In this document: one piece after another, positions 19,488 through 29,677 of the stretch
Position numbering within the stretch: position 1 is the stretch's first letter
Layout of the letters: the number at the start of each line of letters is the position of its first letter
Source: Candidatus Micrarchaeota archaeon
GTDB taxonomy: Archaea; Micrarchaeota; Micrarchaeia; Norongarragalinales; UBA8480
Length of the DNA: 64,000 nt
Reading direction: 5' to 3'
Assembly: GCA_043805855.1 (NCBI GenBank)
Contig: JAZDHP010000005.1
Coordinates: forward strand, 11,480 to 75,479
Program-made: the position numbers and the translations under genes
The notes under the pieces: generated by a model
Told to the model about the DNA's origin: nothing
What the model saw: the letters and a program-made list of their open reading frames with translations, nothing else
Database searches by the model: none

Positions 19488-21761
19488 ATGACTGGCGAGT
19501 TCGTTATCAAGCAAGAGGGCAGCAAGCGTTTACTAATTATTGACTATAAAGGCGCGAGCGTTGCCCCAGACATTGCACTTTACCCGCAGGTAATGCGCGA
19601 CGTTATTGAAAAGTTACAAACAAACGACGCAGACGAAGTTGTACTAGCTGAATATTATGAGAGAATTTACAACGCTGAACAAACGTCAATGCTACGCGGA
19701 ATAGCAGATTTAATTACAAAGATGGAAACTGAAACAGTTTGGAGTCCATCGCACTTAGGCGGGGAACACAGTGACAAGAAAACTATCGCAGCGCGGCACG
19801 ATGCTGTACTCGCAATTGTTAACCAAACGTACGTTGACCCGTTCACTGCTTATCTCGAGTTAATAAAATTAGTAAAAGAAGGCGCTGGCAGTTATGCAAA
19901 GGCGCAAAGTGCTGGCGATGAAAAGGCTCTTGAAGATTTCAAAATTTTCCTCGGCACACTGCAGTTCATGAAAAGTTTGTTCGACAACACGTCGTTGATA
20001 AAAAAGAGCAAGCAATACCTGGCACAAATTGGTAAGATGCCAGAAGGCCGAGCGATTTACCACTCAATGTTCGAAAGCGCAATCAAACCGTCATTCATCG
20101 GGAGTAGGATTTTCTTCACTGGCGCGGAAACATTAGAGTTAGTTGACCAGTACGAAGTGCTCGGCTCAAAAGTTTACATCTATAAACATCCGGAAAAAAT
20201 CGAGTACCTTTACTACATTAACCCGCCAGAGTACACACTTTCGCCGGATAAATACTTCCTCCTCCAGAAGACAAAAGAAGTTGTCGCGGGACATCGGCCA
20301 ACTAATGTTGGGTTCATGGATATGGGTCAAGCGCGTAAATACTTTAGAAAGATTTACGTTGCAACAATTGCAGATATTGCTAACAAGAACGATATTAAAT
20401 TAACAGTAGACGAAAAAGAAGAGTTGGCAACAATTGTCTCGCGGTATACAATTGGCTACGGTATTTTGGAACTGCTACTTTCAGACCGGCAGCTTACTGA
20501 CGTTTACATTGACTCTCCACTGGGAGACAAGCCAATTTATTTAGTGCACTCAAAGTACGGACAGTGCCAGACGAACATTATTTTCTCTGAAGAAGAGGCA
20601 AAGGCAACTGTTTCGCGTTTCAGAGCTTTGTCAGGACGGCCGTTTGACGAAGCGCACCCGATTCTTGATTTTGACTTGGCTGATTTGCAAACTCGTATTG
20701 CTGCTATTGGAAAGCCACTTGCAGTTGACGGCACAGCGTTTGCGTTGCGTTTACACAAGGACACACCGTGGACATTATCGCAGTTCGTAGATTTCAAAAT
20801 GATGCCAGCATTGGCAGCAGGGCTCCTATCTTACTTCGTAGATGCACAGGCATCGATGTTAATAGTCGGCTCTCGTGGTTCTGGAAAGACATCTCTCCTC
20901 CAGGCAATGATGCAGGAAATCCCGCAAAACTTGAGGATTATTGTGCAGGAAGACACCCAAGAATTACCAATCCCGCAGTTGAAGCAACTTGGCTTTAATG
21001 TACAGCGTCTAAAAACACGACCGCCGCTTGGAGCGCAAAGTGACGCTGAAGTAAGTGCAGAAGATGCGCTGCGTACTGCACTGCGTTTAGGAGATTCAGT
21101 GTTAATTGTCGGCGAAGTACGTTCAGGAGAAGCAAAGGCGCTCTATGAGGCCATGCGTGTCGGCGCAGTTGGAAACGTCGTCATGGGAACAATCCACGGC
21201 GAAAGCGCATATTCAATTTGGGACCGAGTAGTAAACGACTTAGGGGTTCCAACAACTTCGTTCAAGGCAACTGACATGGTCATAGTTACAGCACCTATAC
21301 GATTCAAAGGCTCTCTCAAGAGACAACGTCGTTTAGTTGAAGTTACTGAAGTTAAAAAAGAATGGACTGAAGACCCAGGAAAGGAAAATGGTTTCTTAAA
21401 CTGGATGTTGTTCGACGCACACAAGGATAACATGGAGTTGTTCAGAGACGACATTAAGCAAAGCGAATGGATAAAGAAAGTCATGCGCAACCGCGGTATA
21501 AATTACGAAGACATCTGGAGCGAAATTGTAACCCGCGCTGCAAGCAAACAACATTTAGTCGACGTGAAGAACAAGCACAATATTCCAAAAATCCTCGAGG
21601 CAGAGAACAGTATACGCGCACACACGAAGTTAATGATGCTAGGCGAACGCCAGCGCGAGGAAAACGGCAAAGTTGACCACAAAGAGTTATTGTCAGAGTG
21701 GCAAAAGTGGGTCGACACCGTACTCGCGAAGGAAGTAATTGGATTAAAAACACTGGGTTAA
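19488..21761 (+). CDS. Type II/IV secretion or type IV pilus assembly ATPase (VirB11/CpaF/ArlI family)
   Basis: Walker A GSRGSGKT, Asp box QEDTQE, ALRLGDSVLIVGEVR (Walker B) and His box GTIHG. Confidence 0.93.
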   Translation: MTGEFVIKQEGSKRLLIIDYKGASVAPDIALYPQVMRDVIEKLQTNDADEVVLAEYYERIYNAEQTSMLRGIADLITKMETETVWSPSHLGGEHSDKKTIAARHDAVLAIVNQTYVDPFTAYLELIKLVKEGAGSYAKAQSAGDEKALEDFKIFLGTLQFMKSLFDNTSLIKKSKQYLAQIGKMPEGRAIYHSMFESAIKPSFIGSRIFFTGAETLELVDQYEVLGSKVYIYKHPEKIEYLYYINPPEYTLSPDKYFLLQKTKEVVAGHRPTNVGFMDMGQARKYFRKIYVATIADIANKNDIKLTVDEKEELATIVSRYTIGYGILELLLSDRQLTDVYIDSPLGDKPIYLVHSKYGQCQTNIIFSEEEAKATVSRFRALSGRPFDEAHPILDFDLADLQTRIAAIGKPLAVDGTAFALRLHKDTPWTLSQFVDFKMMPALAAGLLSYFVDAQASMLIVGSRGSGKTSLLQAMMQEIPQNLRIIVQEDTQELPIPQLKQLGFNVQRLKTRPPLGAQSDAEVSAEDALRTALRLGDSVLIVGEVRSGEAKALYEAMRVGAVGNVVMGTIHGESAYSIWDRVVNDLGVPTTSFKATDMVIVTAPIRFKGSLKRQRRLVEVTEVKKEWTEDPGKENGFLNWMLFDAHKDNMELFRDDIKQSEWIKKVMRNRGINYEDIWSEIVTRAASKQHLVDVKNKHNIPKILEAENSIRAHTKLMMLGERQREENGKVDHKELLSEWQKWVDTVLAKEVIGLKTLG

Positions 21762-21813
21762 AACAACTTATTTAAAAACTCGTTTACAGTAAACTACTTT
21801 AGGTGAAAACTTT

Positions 21814-22371
21814 ATGCCGCAACGAAGACTGAAGAGAAACGAATTAAGCTCTGGAGAAATTAGACACTTGTTAACTACTACGAGACACCCGGTTGGACTA
21901 GCTGATACAATAGCTAAAGAACGGGGGCCAAAAGCAGCGAGTAAGTTATTGTTAATAGCTGAACAACAGACAAAAGCACCTTGGTTAAAAGCGCATACAA
22001 ATTACTGGCCACGCGTAGGCGGTGCGGCTTTTCACACTAGTAATTATTTTGAGCGCGCTGGGCAGCATAAAGAAGGAGCTGCACTTTTATCTACATTTGG
22101 ACAACATGTTGTAGCTGCAAGACTACTTGAAAAAGGTGGACACACTGAGCTAGCTGCAAAAGCGCATGAAAAAGCTGCTCGCGTTTGGCTAAAAGAAAGA
22201 AAATATTACCAAGCCGCTCACGCTTTTGAAAAAGCTGGAAAGCTTTTAGATGCCATGACCGCGTATAAAAGAGACGCTGCAAATGCAAAAAACCCAATAG
22301 ACCAAGAGGAGTCACTTAACGAGGCAGCTAGACTTGCAAAAGTAACAAAAAGCCGATGGCAAAGAAAATAG
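21814..22371 (+). CDS. Basic hypothetical protein with helical TPR/SNAP-like repeats
   Basis: Repeated AA..(F/L)E(K/R)AG units, K/R-rich termini. Confidence 0.6.
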   Translation: MPQRRLKRNELSSGEIRHLLTTTRHPVGLADTIAKERGPKAASKLLLIAEQQTKAPWLKAHTNYWPRVGGAAFHTSNYFERAGQHKEGAALLSTFGQHVVAARLLEKGGHTELAAKAHEKAARVWLKERKYYQAAHAFEKAGKLLDAMTAYKRDAANAKNPIDQEESLNEAARLAKVTKSRWQRK

Positions 22372-22385
22372 CTAAGTTGAGCACA

Positions 22386-22775
22386 ATGGCCGAACAACTT
22401 GAAAAGCCGTGGCACTTGAAAGCTGCAGAAAGTTTAGGCCGCAGCGTAACGCCTCTATTTTCTGGAAAAGGCAAGTTAAAAGGACATGTAGCTACGTCGC
22501 CGGCGTTTGCGCCCTATTCAATTAGTTTTGTTGTGGATAGCAGACATCCTAAAGCGCAAGTGGTTAAAATAATCAACGGACGCAGCAAACGCGCGTATGT
22601 TTCAATTTATCCTGATGGCAGATTTGGTTCTTTAGCGCAGGGCACTCTTGGAATAAGAACTTTAGCTGAATTTACAAGAGCAGCGCCTAAATCAAAGTTA
22701 CTTAGGGACGTCCCGCAGTTAATCGCAGCTGCGAGAGCGGCGAACAAAGCTTTAAAGCAACACGCGCCCAAATAA
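22386..22775 (+). CDS. Basic hypothetical protein, paralogue of 22780..23163
   Basis: PWHLKAA.SL N-terminus, GI.TLA and L.D.P.LI..A.AA..ALK.H.PK C-terminus are shared. Start could also be 22356. Confidence 0.65.
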   Translation: MAEQLEKPWHLKAAESLGRSVTPLFSGKGKLKGHVATSPAFAPYSISFVVDSRHPKAQVVKIINGRSKRAYVSIYPDGRFGSLAQGTLGIRTLAEFTRAAPKSKLLRDVPQLIAAARAANKALKQHAPK

Positions 22776-22779
22776 AATT

Positions 22780-23163
22780 ATGGCTGAAGAACCTTGGCAT
22801 TTGAAAGCTGCTAGAAGTTTAAACGGTGCAGTGAAGCCGTTGCTTATACAAGACCGCCGAGTTTATGGTCACAGTGTAGCATTATCTGAACAACCAGTGT
22901 ACACTGTTAATTTTGCTGATGGAAAAACTAACGGAGTAGAAGGTGCAAAAATTCAAAAAGTACACTTAGGGGTATCCAAACGGCTATTAACAGTTACAAG
23001 AAATGGCAAGATAAACTGTCGCGTACCGAAATTAACTGGAATAAAGACATTAGCTGCGTTGAAAAAAGTTGACCCTAGAAAAACTAGTTTGCATGACTTG
23101 CCTATTTTAATTAAAATTGCAACTGCAGCGCACGAAGCGTTGAAAGCACATCAGCCAAAGTGA
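22780..23163 (+). CDS. Basic hypothetical protein, paralogue of 22386..22775
   Basis: Same shared motifs, tandem arrangement. Confidence 0.65.
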   Translation: MAEEPWHLKAARSLNGAVKPLLIQDRRVYGHSVALSEQPVYTVNFADGKTNGVEGAKIQKVHLGVSKRLLTVTRNGKINCRVPKLTGIKTLAALKKVDPRKTSLHDLPILIKIATAAHEALKAHQPK

Positions 23164-23609
23164 AAAAAATGAACATTCCGGGACTTGAACGACATTTGGG
23201 AAGCGTTGAGCTGAACCAACTTTCAAGTACATTGCGGCGTTTAGCAAGTCGATTACAAATGGAACAAGTTGACCTTACTCGACAGAATAGAGACTTGGCA
23301 ACTAGAACACGTGGCGGGGCGTATTACGGCCCAGAAGAAAGAAGGCTAATTGTCCAAGCAAAAGAGCGTTTAAAAAAAGTAGAAACTGCATTTAGAGCTA
23401 GATTTACTCATCGTGGCGAACACCGCACAAAAGTATTTCGTCCATTTGTTGAAAAAGGTGCGACACACGCTGCTCTAGATATATCTAGCGAAAAAGTTCA
23501 CTTTTACAAATTGCCAAAAGCACATGCAGGCAGAGTTTACGCGCCAATTGCCGGTAGCCAAAGATTGCCACTTTTCAAGGAAGTGAAGAAAAAGAGGGAA
23601 TCAAAATGA
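23160..23609 (+). CDS. Basic hypothetical protein, paralogue of 23606..23935
   Basis: IPGLE N-terminus, G.TH and F.(K/R)LP..H.G....PI.G shared. Overlapping start/stop codons. Confidence 0.65.
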   Translation: MKKMNIPGLERHLGSVELNQLSSTLRRLASRLQMEQVDLTRQNRDLATRTRGGAYYGPEERRLIVQAKERLKKVETAFRARFTHRGEHRTKVFRPFVEKGATHAALDISSEKVHFYKLPKAHAGRVYAPIAGSQRLPLFKEVKKKRESK

Positions 23610-23935
23610 TCCCGGGACTTGAAAAGAAAATTGCAGTTGTGAAAAGAGCTAGTTTACCGGCTCGTGTTTTTGACGAATTAGTAGTTTTACAACAAACTCA
23701 AGCAATGCCAAGCAGAACAATGCGTTATAAAAGAATATTAGAAAGAGACTGCGCTAATTTAAAAAAAGCAGTTAGAGCAAGTAAAAAACACGCAGAAATT
23801 GCACCTGCTATTGCGCGAGGTTCAACTCACTTTTACCACACGCGAAACGGTTTGGTTTTTGTTAGACTTCCTGAAAAACATTCAGGCAAGGAATTCAAGC
23901 CAATAATTGGAAGAACTCGTTTTGCAATAGACTAG
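23606..23935 (+). CDS. Basic hypothetical protein, paralogue of 23160..23609
   Basis: Same shared motifs, ATGA overlap. Confidence 0.6.
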   Translation: MIPGLEKKIAVVKRASLPARVFDELVVLQQTQAMPSRTMRYKRILERDCANLKKAVRASKKHAEIAPAIARGSTHFYHTRNGLVFVRLPEKHSGKEFKPIIGRTRFAID

Positions 23936-23987
23936 CTCCCCGACGTTACAACTAACATATTTATACTTAGTTTGAATTGTTATTGTC

Positions 23988-26075
23988 ATGCCAGTGAAGA
24001 AGGAAGTTAAGGGGCTTTACAGCGGAGACAAGCCAACAAAGCAGTACGCTGAAAAACCGCGCGTCGACTGGTTTGTTAAGTTCGTCAACTTTTCCAACAA
24101 ATATTTCGACAGTCTTGGAAAAGGCGCGAAGTTAACTAAAGAACAGCGGGAAGTTTTTGAATTTCTAAACTATAGAATTACTGGCGAGCAGTTCCGCGCA
24201 GCTGAAATCGCCGCAATGTTTTTGGGTTTATTCGTAACTATTTTTGCAGTTCTCGTACTTGCAATTATTTTCGGAACAGGCAGCCCGCTCTTCTTGATAG
24301 GTTCGTTGCTGTGCTTTATGGCGCCATTAGCGGCGTTTATGCTAGTTGCATTTCACCCGCAGCAAGAGGCAAAACGCGAGCAAACAATGGCGCTTGGTTA
24401 CCTTTCAGAAATTGTTAACTACATGGTTGCTAGTATGCGACTTACTCCCAACTTGGAAAAGGCCGTTGAGTTCACTGCATCGCATGGCCGCGGTAAAATC
24501 GCGGAGGACATGAAAAAGTTAATTTGGGACGTGCAAATTGGAAAATATTTATCAGTTGAAGAGGGGCTTGACGACTTAGCGTACCGCTGGGGAAAGTACA
24601 ACGAGGATTTCAAGCAAGCGCTGATGTTAATTCGCTCGAGTTTACTTGAGTCCGACGACGCAAAGCGCGAAATACTCCTAGAAAAAGCATCGGCCGATGT
24701 TCTTGAAGGCAGTAAGGAAAAGATGGACCAGTTCGCTCGCGCGCTATCGCAGCCAACTGTATATTTGTATTACTTTGGCGTGTTGCTACCGCTAATGCTC
24801 GCAATTGTGCTGCCAATTGGCGGAACGCTTTCAGGCGGCGATTTTCCACTAGCTCGTCCAGAGATACTTGCTTTGATTTACATTGTTGCGCTGCCAATTG
24901 GAATTTACTTCCTTGGGATTAACATCTTGGGCAACAGGCCGCCGACGTACATTGCGCCTGACATTAAAGAAGATTACCCCGGGCTTCCAGCAAAAGGAAC
25001 AATGAGAATTCTCGGCGCCGAACTTCCAGTTTTGCCAATTGCGTTGCTCGTACTAATAGCTGTACTTGGCGCTGGTTTTTACCTAGATCAAATAATTACA
25101 GTTGCACCGCTAGAGCTTTACGAAAAAGCTGAAGCGCTAGCTGCGATGCCACACATTGAACTTTTTGGGGTACCGCCATCTGAACTATTTCTAGGACTAT
25201 TTTCGCTATTAGGAGTAGTTGTTGGGCTCGGTTTTGCAATTTCAATTTACTTGTACGGCACTTACATCGCTAGGAAGAAAGTGCAAGATGAAATCCGCGC
25301 AATGGAGCGGGAGTTTAAAGACGCGATTTACGTTCTGGCAAGTCGACTTGGTGAGAACCGTCCGCTTGAAGACGCGTTGAAGTATGCAGTTGCGTTTCTT
25401 CCAAACAGTAAAGTTGCAAGTAAAGTTTTTAGAAAGATTCTCGACAATGTAACAACAATGGGAATGACAATAGACGAAGCTGTGTTTAACCCGCAGTTTG
25501 GAGCGTTGAAAAACTTACCGTCAAAAACAATTCAAAGCGGAATGCGAATTACAATTGACTCAATTGGACTCGGGGTAAACGTTGCGGCAAAGTCGCTCAT
25601 TGGCTTAGCTTTACAGTTGAGAAACAGTGAAAAAATTGACTTACTTTTGAACAACTTACTATCAAGCGTTACTCAGATGTTAAAAACAATGGGCACTTTC
25701 ATCGCGCCAATCGTGCTGGGAGTAGTGACGAGTTTACAAGGAGTAATTGTAAAGGCAATGTCTTCAAACTGCGCTGACACACCAGCAACTTCAACTTCAC
25801 CTGGCGTTTCGGGTTTTGGTGGCGCGAGTAATTTAAGTTCAATGTTCTGCAGTAAAACCGGCGAAGCAAATAGTTCAACTGACCCCGCTACGTTTACATT
25901 CATAATGGGAATATACGTACTTGAAGTCGTGATTCTACTTACTTATTTCAACTCGCAAGTTGAAGACTCAAATAACAAGTTACACACGTACATTGAAATT
26001 GCAAAGGCGCTTCCAATCGCTACACTTATATTTGCCGCAGTGGCGTATTTTGCAGGGACAAGCATAGGCGTATAA
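23988..26075 (+). CDS. Type II secretion system F / TadC / ArlJ-like membrane platform protein
   Basis: Two T2SSF-like cytoplasmic domains (PNLEKAV..., RPLEDAL...) each flanked by TM helices. Lies near the ATPase. Confidence 0.85.
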   Translation: MPVKKEVKGLYSGDKPTKQYAEKPRVDWFVKFVNFSNKYFDSLGKGAKLTKEQREVFEFLNYRITGEQFRAAEIAAMFLGLFVTIFAVLVLAIIFGTGSPLFLIGSLLCFMAPLAAFMLVAFHPQQEAKREQTMALGYLSEIVNYMVASMRLTPNLEKAVEFTASHGRGKIAEDMKKLIWDVQIGKYLSVEEGLDDLAYRWGKYNEDFKQALMLIRSSLLESDDAKREILLEKASADVLEGSKEKMDQFARALSQPTVYLYYFGVLLPLMLAIVLPIGGTLSGGDFPLARPEILALIYIVALPIGIYFLGINILGNRPPTYIAPDIKEDYPGLPAKGTMRILGAELPVLPIALLVLIAVLGAGFYLDQIITVAPLELYEKAEALAAMPHIELFGVPPSELFLGLFSLLGVVVGLGFAISIYLYGTYIARKKVQDEIRAMEREFKDAIYVLASRLGENRPLEDALKYAVAFLPNSKVASKVFRKILDNVTTMGMTIDEAVFNPQFGALKNLPSKTIQSGMRITIDSIGLGVNVAAKSLIGLALQLRNSEKIDLLLNNLLSSVTQMLKTMGTFIAPIVLGVVTSLQGVIVKAMSSNCADTPATSTSPGVSGFGGASNLSSMFCSKTGEANSSTDPATFTFIMGIYVLEVVILLTYFNSQVEDSNNKLHTYIEIAKALPIATLIFAAVAYFAGTSIGV

Positions 26076-26154
26076 TACACAGCTAAAGTGACATTATACC
26101 AATCAATAGCTACTTGGAAACGCTTTTATAAAACCGCTGCTAATTGTAGTACAG

Positions 26155-26637
26155 GTGATATTTGTGCAGTTTAGGAAAAGACGCGGTCAAGCTTTCGAGA
26201 CGATGATGTTAGTTATCAGTGTAATCGTAGCGCTTGCAATTTTAGGTGTGCTTCTAGGTATTTTAAACACGTTTAGTTTTAGCGGGAGTGACGCGGAGCA
26301 AGTGTTTAAAGAAGAGTTGAAAAAAGTCGGGGGAAGTTATTCTCCAGGTTCAACACCTAGAGATGCAACTATGAAAGCGGGAAAAATAATCAACGCTCGC
26401 GTAGTAACTGAAGACACGACAATTTTAGAAGAGTCAGTTAAATTTGTAGTAGCAAATGAATTAGAGAGCTCAATAGCCACTGTCGAGGGAGGAGTAAGAG
26501 CTACAAAAGACGTTACAGTTACTTTTTCAGTGTGTGGCGACCCAACACTTGGAAATTCAGGCACTTACGTAATTAGCATTGCTCCGGTAACGCGAGGTAC
26601 AATTGCAATAGATGCTTGTTTAGCCGCTCTTGGTTAA
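26155..26637 (+). CDS. Pilin-like protein, class III signal peptide
   Basis: RKRRG/QAFETMMLVISVIVALAILGVLLGIL. Confidence 0.8.
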   Translation: MIFVQFRKRRGQAFETMMLVISVIVALAILGVLLGILNTFSFSGSDAEQVFKEELKKVGGSYSPGSTPRDATMKAGKIINARVVTEDTTILEESVKFVVANELESSIATVEGGVRATKDVTVTFSVCGDPTLGNSGTYVISIAPVTRGTIAIDACLAALG

Positions 26638-26662
26638 ACCTGAAAGTTAAAGGAATTGAAAT

Positions 26663-26881
26663 ATGAAACTTTTTTCTTTTTTTAAAAACCGAAAGGGCGC
26701 TAGTGACTGGTCTTCAATCTACTTGCTGATTGTTGTTATCATTGGCGTCATTTTGTTGGTTACTCTTATAAAACCAACTTTGAAAGCAGCCGGTCAATCT
26801 GCAGTTGCAGGCGGTCAAGAAGCAAAGACAATCGCGGGCATTGGAACTTACTTCTTGTCAAAGGCACGGCGTCCAAAATAA
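26663..26881 (+). CDS. Small pilin-like protein, class III signal peptide
   Basis: KNRKG/ASDWSSIYLLIVVIIGVILLV, 72 aa. Confidence 0.75.
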   Translation: MKLFSFFKNRKGASDWSSIYLLIVVIIGVILLVTLIKPTLKAAGQSAVAGGQEAKTIAGIGTYFLSKARRPK

Positions 26882-27018
26882 GGCAAACCACATGAACAAA
26901 CTGCTATTAGTTGGAATGGCGCTCTGACTACGTGTGGTCAAAAGCGCAGAAAGCTGTTGTTGAACAGTTTTGACAAAACACTGGAAAAAGCGGTGAGAAT
27001 AAAAGCAATAAATAGCTA

Positions 27019-27708
27019 ATGGTAACCATGTATAGACGTGGCCAAGCTAGTGGACCAATTGAACTTGTCGTTGCAGTTATTATTCTAGTTGCGAGCATGA
27101 GCTTGGCGTTTATCGTTATGCAAAGCACTAGCGACGCCCAGTGTATTGACAAGCTGAAGAGTCAAATGCGTGACTTGAACAGCGTAATGATTGACGTTTC
27201 TCTAGGTTCTCCTTCTACGTCGCGCGAAGCTAATGTTGAACTCGCTAGTTGCGGCGGGCAGAGCATTGAAGGAGTTAGAATTGTTTATTTTGAAAACGCA
27301 CTTTATTGTGGCGCTTGCGGTGCAACTGAAAAAGGTTGCTGGATGATACAGCCGATAACTTACGATAAAACTGCAAACATATATGGAATTTCTCTACACG
27401 CTTCGACTTGCATAAACATGCCGGGCGGCATTGTACTAGAGCAAGATTTAAATTGCGACGACGATATTTTAACACCTGGCGAAGTTAGTGCTACAGCTTG
27501 TCCATCAAACATTGGAGCGCGAAGTACAAACGATCAAAACTGCGGGTTACCTCCAGATATAGCAACTTCAAGCACAACTAAATTATTAACAATGTCAAAA
27601 GAACCTGGCGAAACCCAGTACAAAGTTAGAATTACAAAAGGGTTTTCAACCGCAGCTAATGAACCAATGCTTAACGTGTGCTTTTTAAAAAAGGGGCGTA
27701 GTTCATGA
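27019..27708 (+). CDS. Pilin-like Cys-rich protein, class III signal peptide
   Basis: YRRG/QASGPIELVVAVIILVASM. Confidence 0.78.
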   Translation: MVTMYRRGQASGPIELVVAVIILVASMSLAFIVMQSTSDAQCIDKLKSQMRDLNSVMIDVSLGSPSTSREANVELASCGGQSIEGVRIVYFENALYCGACGATEKGCWMIQPITYDKTANIYGISLHASTCINMPGGIVLEQDLNCDDDILTPGEVSATACPSNIGARSTNDQNCGLPPDIATSSTTKLLTMSKEPGETQYKVRITKGFSTAANEPMLNVCFLKKGRSS

Positions 27709-28325
27709 AATCCGCACAAATTGAACTATTTATGCTGACGAAAATGGCAATGCTATTTTTTATCATTTCACTAGCGTTCATCGCGTTGAACATAAGTAAC
27801 ATGGAAAAAGAAGCTCTATGCGGAGAGCAGGCGCTGTCAACTGCAAAGATAATTTCCTCTAACATTAACCAAGCTCTCAACGCGGCAGTTGAAGATAGTA
27901 GAACTGTTTACAAATTCGAACCTACAATTTCAACTAGCCGTGAACGATATTCTCGCTATGTGATTTGGCTAGCTGAACGGGAAACACCAGGAAATGACCG
28001 AGTTCAGTTAAGCGTAGTTGTAAAGCCAGAAAGTGAACCCAACTGCATGCGCAGGGTAAGCGTAGTTTATGACAAAAATAAAATTAAAACAAATTTCGCA
28101 CAAGATACTAACCCAAAATCACTAGATCCCACTATTAGCCCTGGCGAACAAGTGTTTGTAATTGAACCAACCAACCGCGAAACTCCATCTAAATTTTTAG
28201 TTATTGTAAAATGCAGGGATAAACTTCTACCTCAACAAAGTTACCTCTTTTTTGACGATTGTAAAAGCAGCAACCCAAGTTCATGCAGCACACTTGAGCC
28301 ACCAGCATATGATGCGTGTAAATGA
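27705..28325 (+). CDS. Pilin-like protein, class III signal peptide
   Basis: MKSA/QIELFMLTKMAMLFFII. ATGA overlaps on both sides. Confidence 0.72.
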   Translation: MKSAQIELFMLTKMAMLFFIISLAFIALNISNMEKEALCGEQALSTAKIISSNINQALNAAVEDSRTVYKFEPTISTSRERYSRYVIWLAERETPGNDRVQLSVVVKPESEPNCMRRVSVVYDKNKIKTNFAQDTNPKSLDPTISPGEQVFVIEPTNRETPSKFLVIVKCRDKLLPQQSYLFFDDCKSSNPSSCSTLEPPAYDACK

Positions 28326-28897
28326 AAATGATGAAAAAACGTGGTTTTATTGGCCCGCTTGGCGATGACATTCCAAGCATCTTTCCAATAGTTGCCGGCA
28401 TGTTACTTTTCATCAGCACTATACTTTACGTAAACGCACAAGTTGACACTAGAAATTTAGACTTGCGTCAAAAAGAAGCAACTCAAAAACTCGCTTACCT
28501 CGCAACGCAAAAAGCTTCTTTTCAAATCGGAGAGTTCGACAGCTTGTGCGAAAATGCACTGCAGCCATTTGCCGAGAATAACGGTTTGAAATTCGCAATT
28601 GTAATAAAACGGTTCTGCAACCAAGGCTGTCTAACGTGCACTAAAGGCATAGATTTACAAAATTCAAACGCTTTTAACGAGGATGAAATGATAACCAACT
28701 CCAATGACTTCAATAAAAATTACGTTTGTACAAATGAAAAGCCAGAAGTTGCTCTAGAATACGCCGCAGCGAGAGCTAGTAAAGCCGCTGCTCCGAAGAA
28801 CACAATTACTTTAATTTATCCATTTACCGTACCGTGTCCAGATTATGATTCGTCTAACAATGGCTTGGCAACGTTGAATGTATTAGTGTGGAAATAA
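28322..28897 (+). CDS. Pilin-like protein, class III-type signal peptide
   Basis: KKRG/FIGPLGDDIPSIFPIVAGMLLF. Confidence 0.7.
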   Translation: MKMMKKRGFIGPLGDDIPSIFPIVAGMLLFISTILYVNAQVDTRNLDLRQKEATQKLAYLATQKASFQIGEFDSLCENALQPFAENNGLKFAIVIKRFCNQGCLTCTKGIDLQNSNAFNEDEMITNSNDFNKNYVCTNEKPEVALEYAAARASKAAAPKNTITLIYPFTVPCPDYDSSNNGLATLNVLVWK

Positions 28898-28918
28898 AGT
28901 AGAAGAGAAAAATAAAAA

Positions 28919-29641
28919 ATGAAAAAAGCACAGGCAGCAGTGTTTGACGGCATCATGTTTCTACTTTTAGTTAGCTTTTCAGTTACGCTTATGTTTTCTT
29001 TTCTCTCAGATTATGGCAACGCCCAGGCTAAAACTTTGCAAAGTAGTCACACTTTAAACTACGTACAAGGAATTGGTAAAGCGCTTTACACTTTGGATGT
29101 TTCAATGTTACAGAGCACGGACTTGGACACGCTGGGCAACTCATGGAACTACGAAAATTGCGATACACTTGAAAAGTTTAAATCCAACGCAGTTTCTGAT
29201 TTAATCAAGCGAGATATAAGCGATGGTTTTTTTAACAATAAGTTTGGCGATAGCGATGACATAAGCAACGCGCCTGGCAAACTTGCACTGCGCTGTGCTT
29301 TGTTTGAGTTAATGAAACCAGTTACAGGTAGTGGTTACGACTATTTAGCAGAGGTGCTAGATGGAGATAGAAGTCCAAGATTTGCGCCGTTTCCAATAAT
29401 AAATTCTCCTCAAAATCGCGTTGATTTGGAGCCAGTGTTGGTGACAAATTTACCTACGAGCGATTCAATTTACTTCGCTGCTGAAGAAAGCGGGTGCGAT
29501 AGCGTTTCCCGTACGCTAAAAGGAAAGCAACTAATGGCTGTAGCGACGCCGTTTCGTGTTTTCGACAAAGACGGAGGGGCGCATGACCACCAGCTACGTA
29601 TATGCATGTGGCCAAGCGAAAGAATCAACAACAACCCCTAA
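28919..29641 (+). CDS. Pilin-like protein, class III signal peptide
   Basis: MKKA/QAAVFDGIMFLLLVSFSV. Confidence 0.75.
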   Translation: MKKAQAAVFDGIMFLLLVSFSVTLMFSFLSDYGNAQAKTLQSSHTLNYVQGIGKALYTLDVSMLQSTDLDTLGNSWNYENCDTLEKFKSNAVSDLIKRDISDGFFNNKFGDSDDISNAPGKLALRCALFELMKPVTGSGYDYLAEVLDGDRSPRFAPFPIINSPQNRVDLEPVLVTNLPTSDSIYFAAEESGCDSVSRTLKGKQLMAVATPFRVFDKDGGAHDHQLRICMWPSERINNNP

Positions 29642-29677
29642 TAGGTTTTTTAATCAAAAAACACAAATGTAATCGTT

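Noticed and set aside
19488..29641. Calling the locus an archaellum operon
   Set aside because: No ArlH/ArlF/ArlG or recognisable archaellin, so only a generic type IV pilus-like call is supported.
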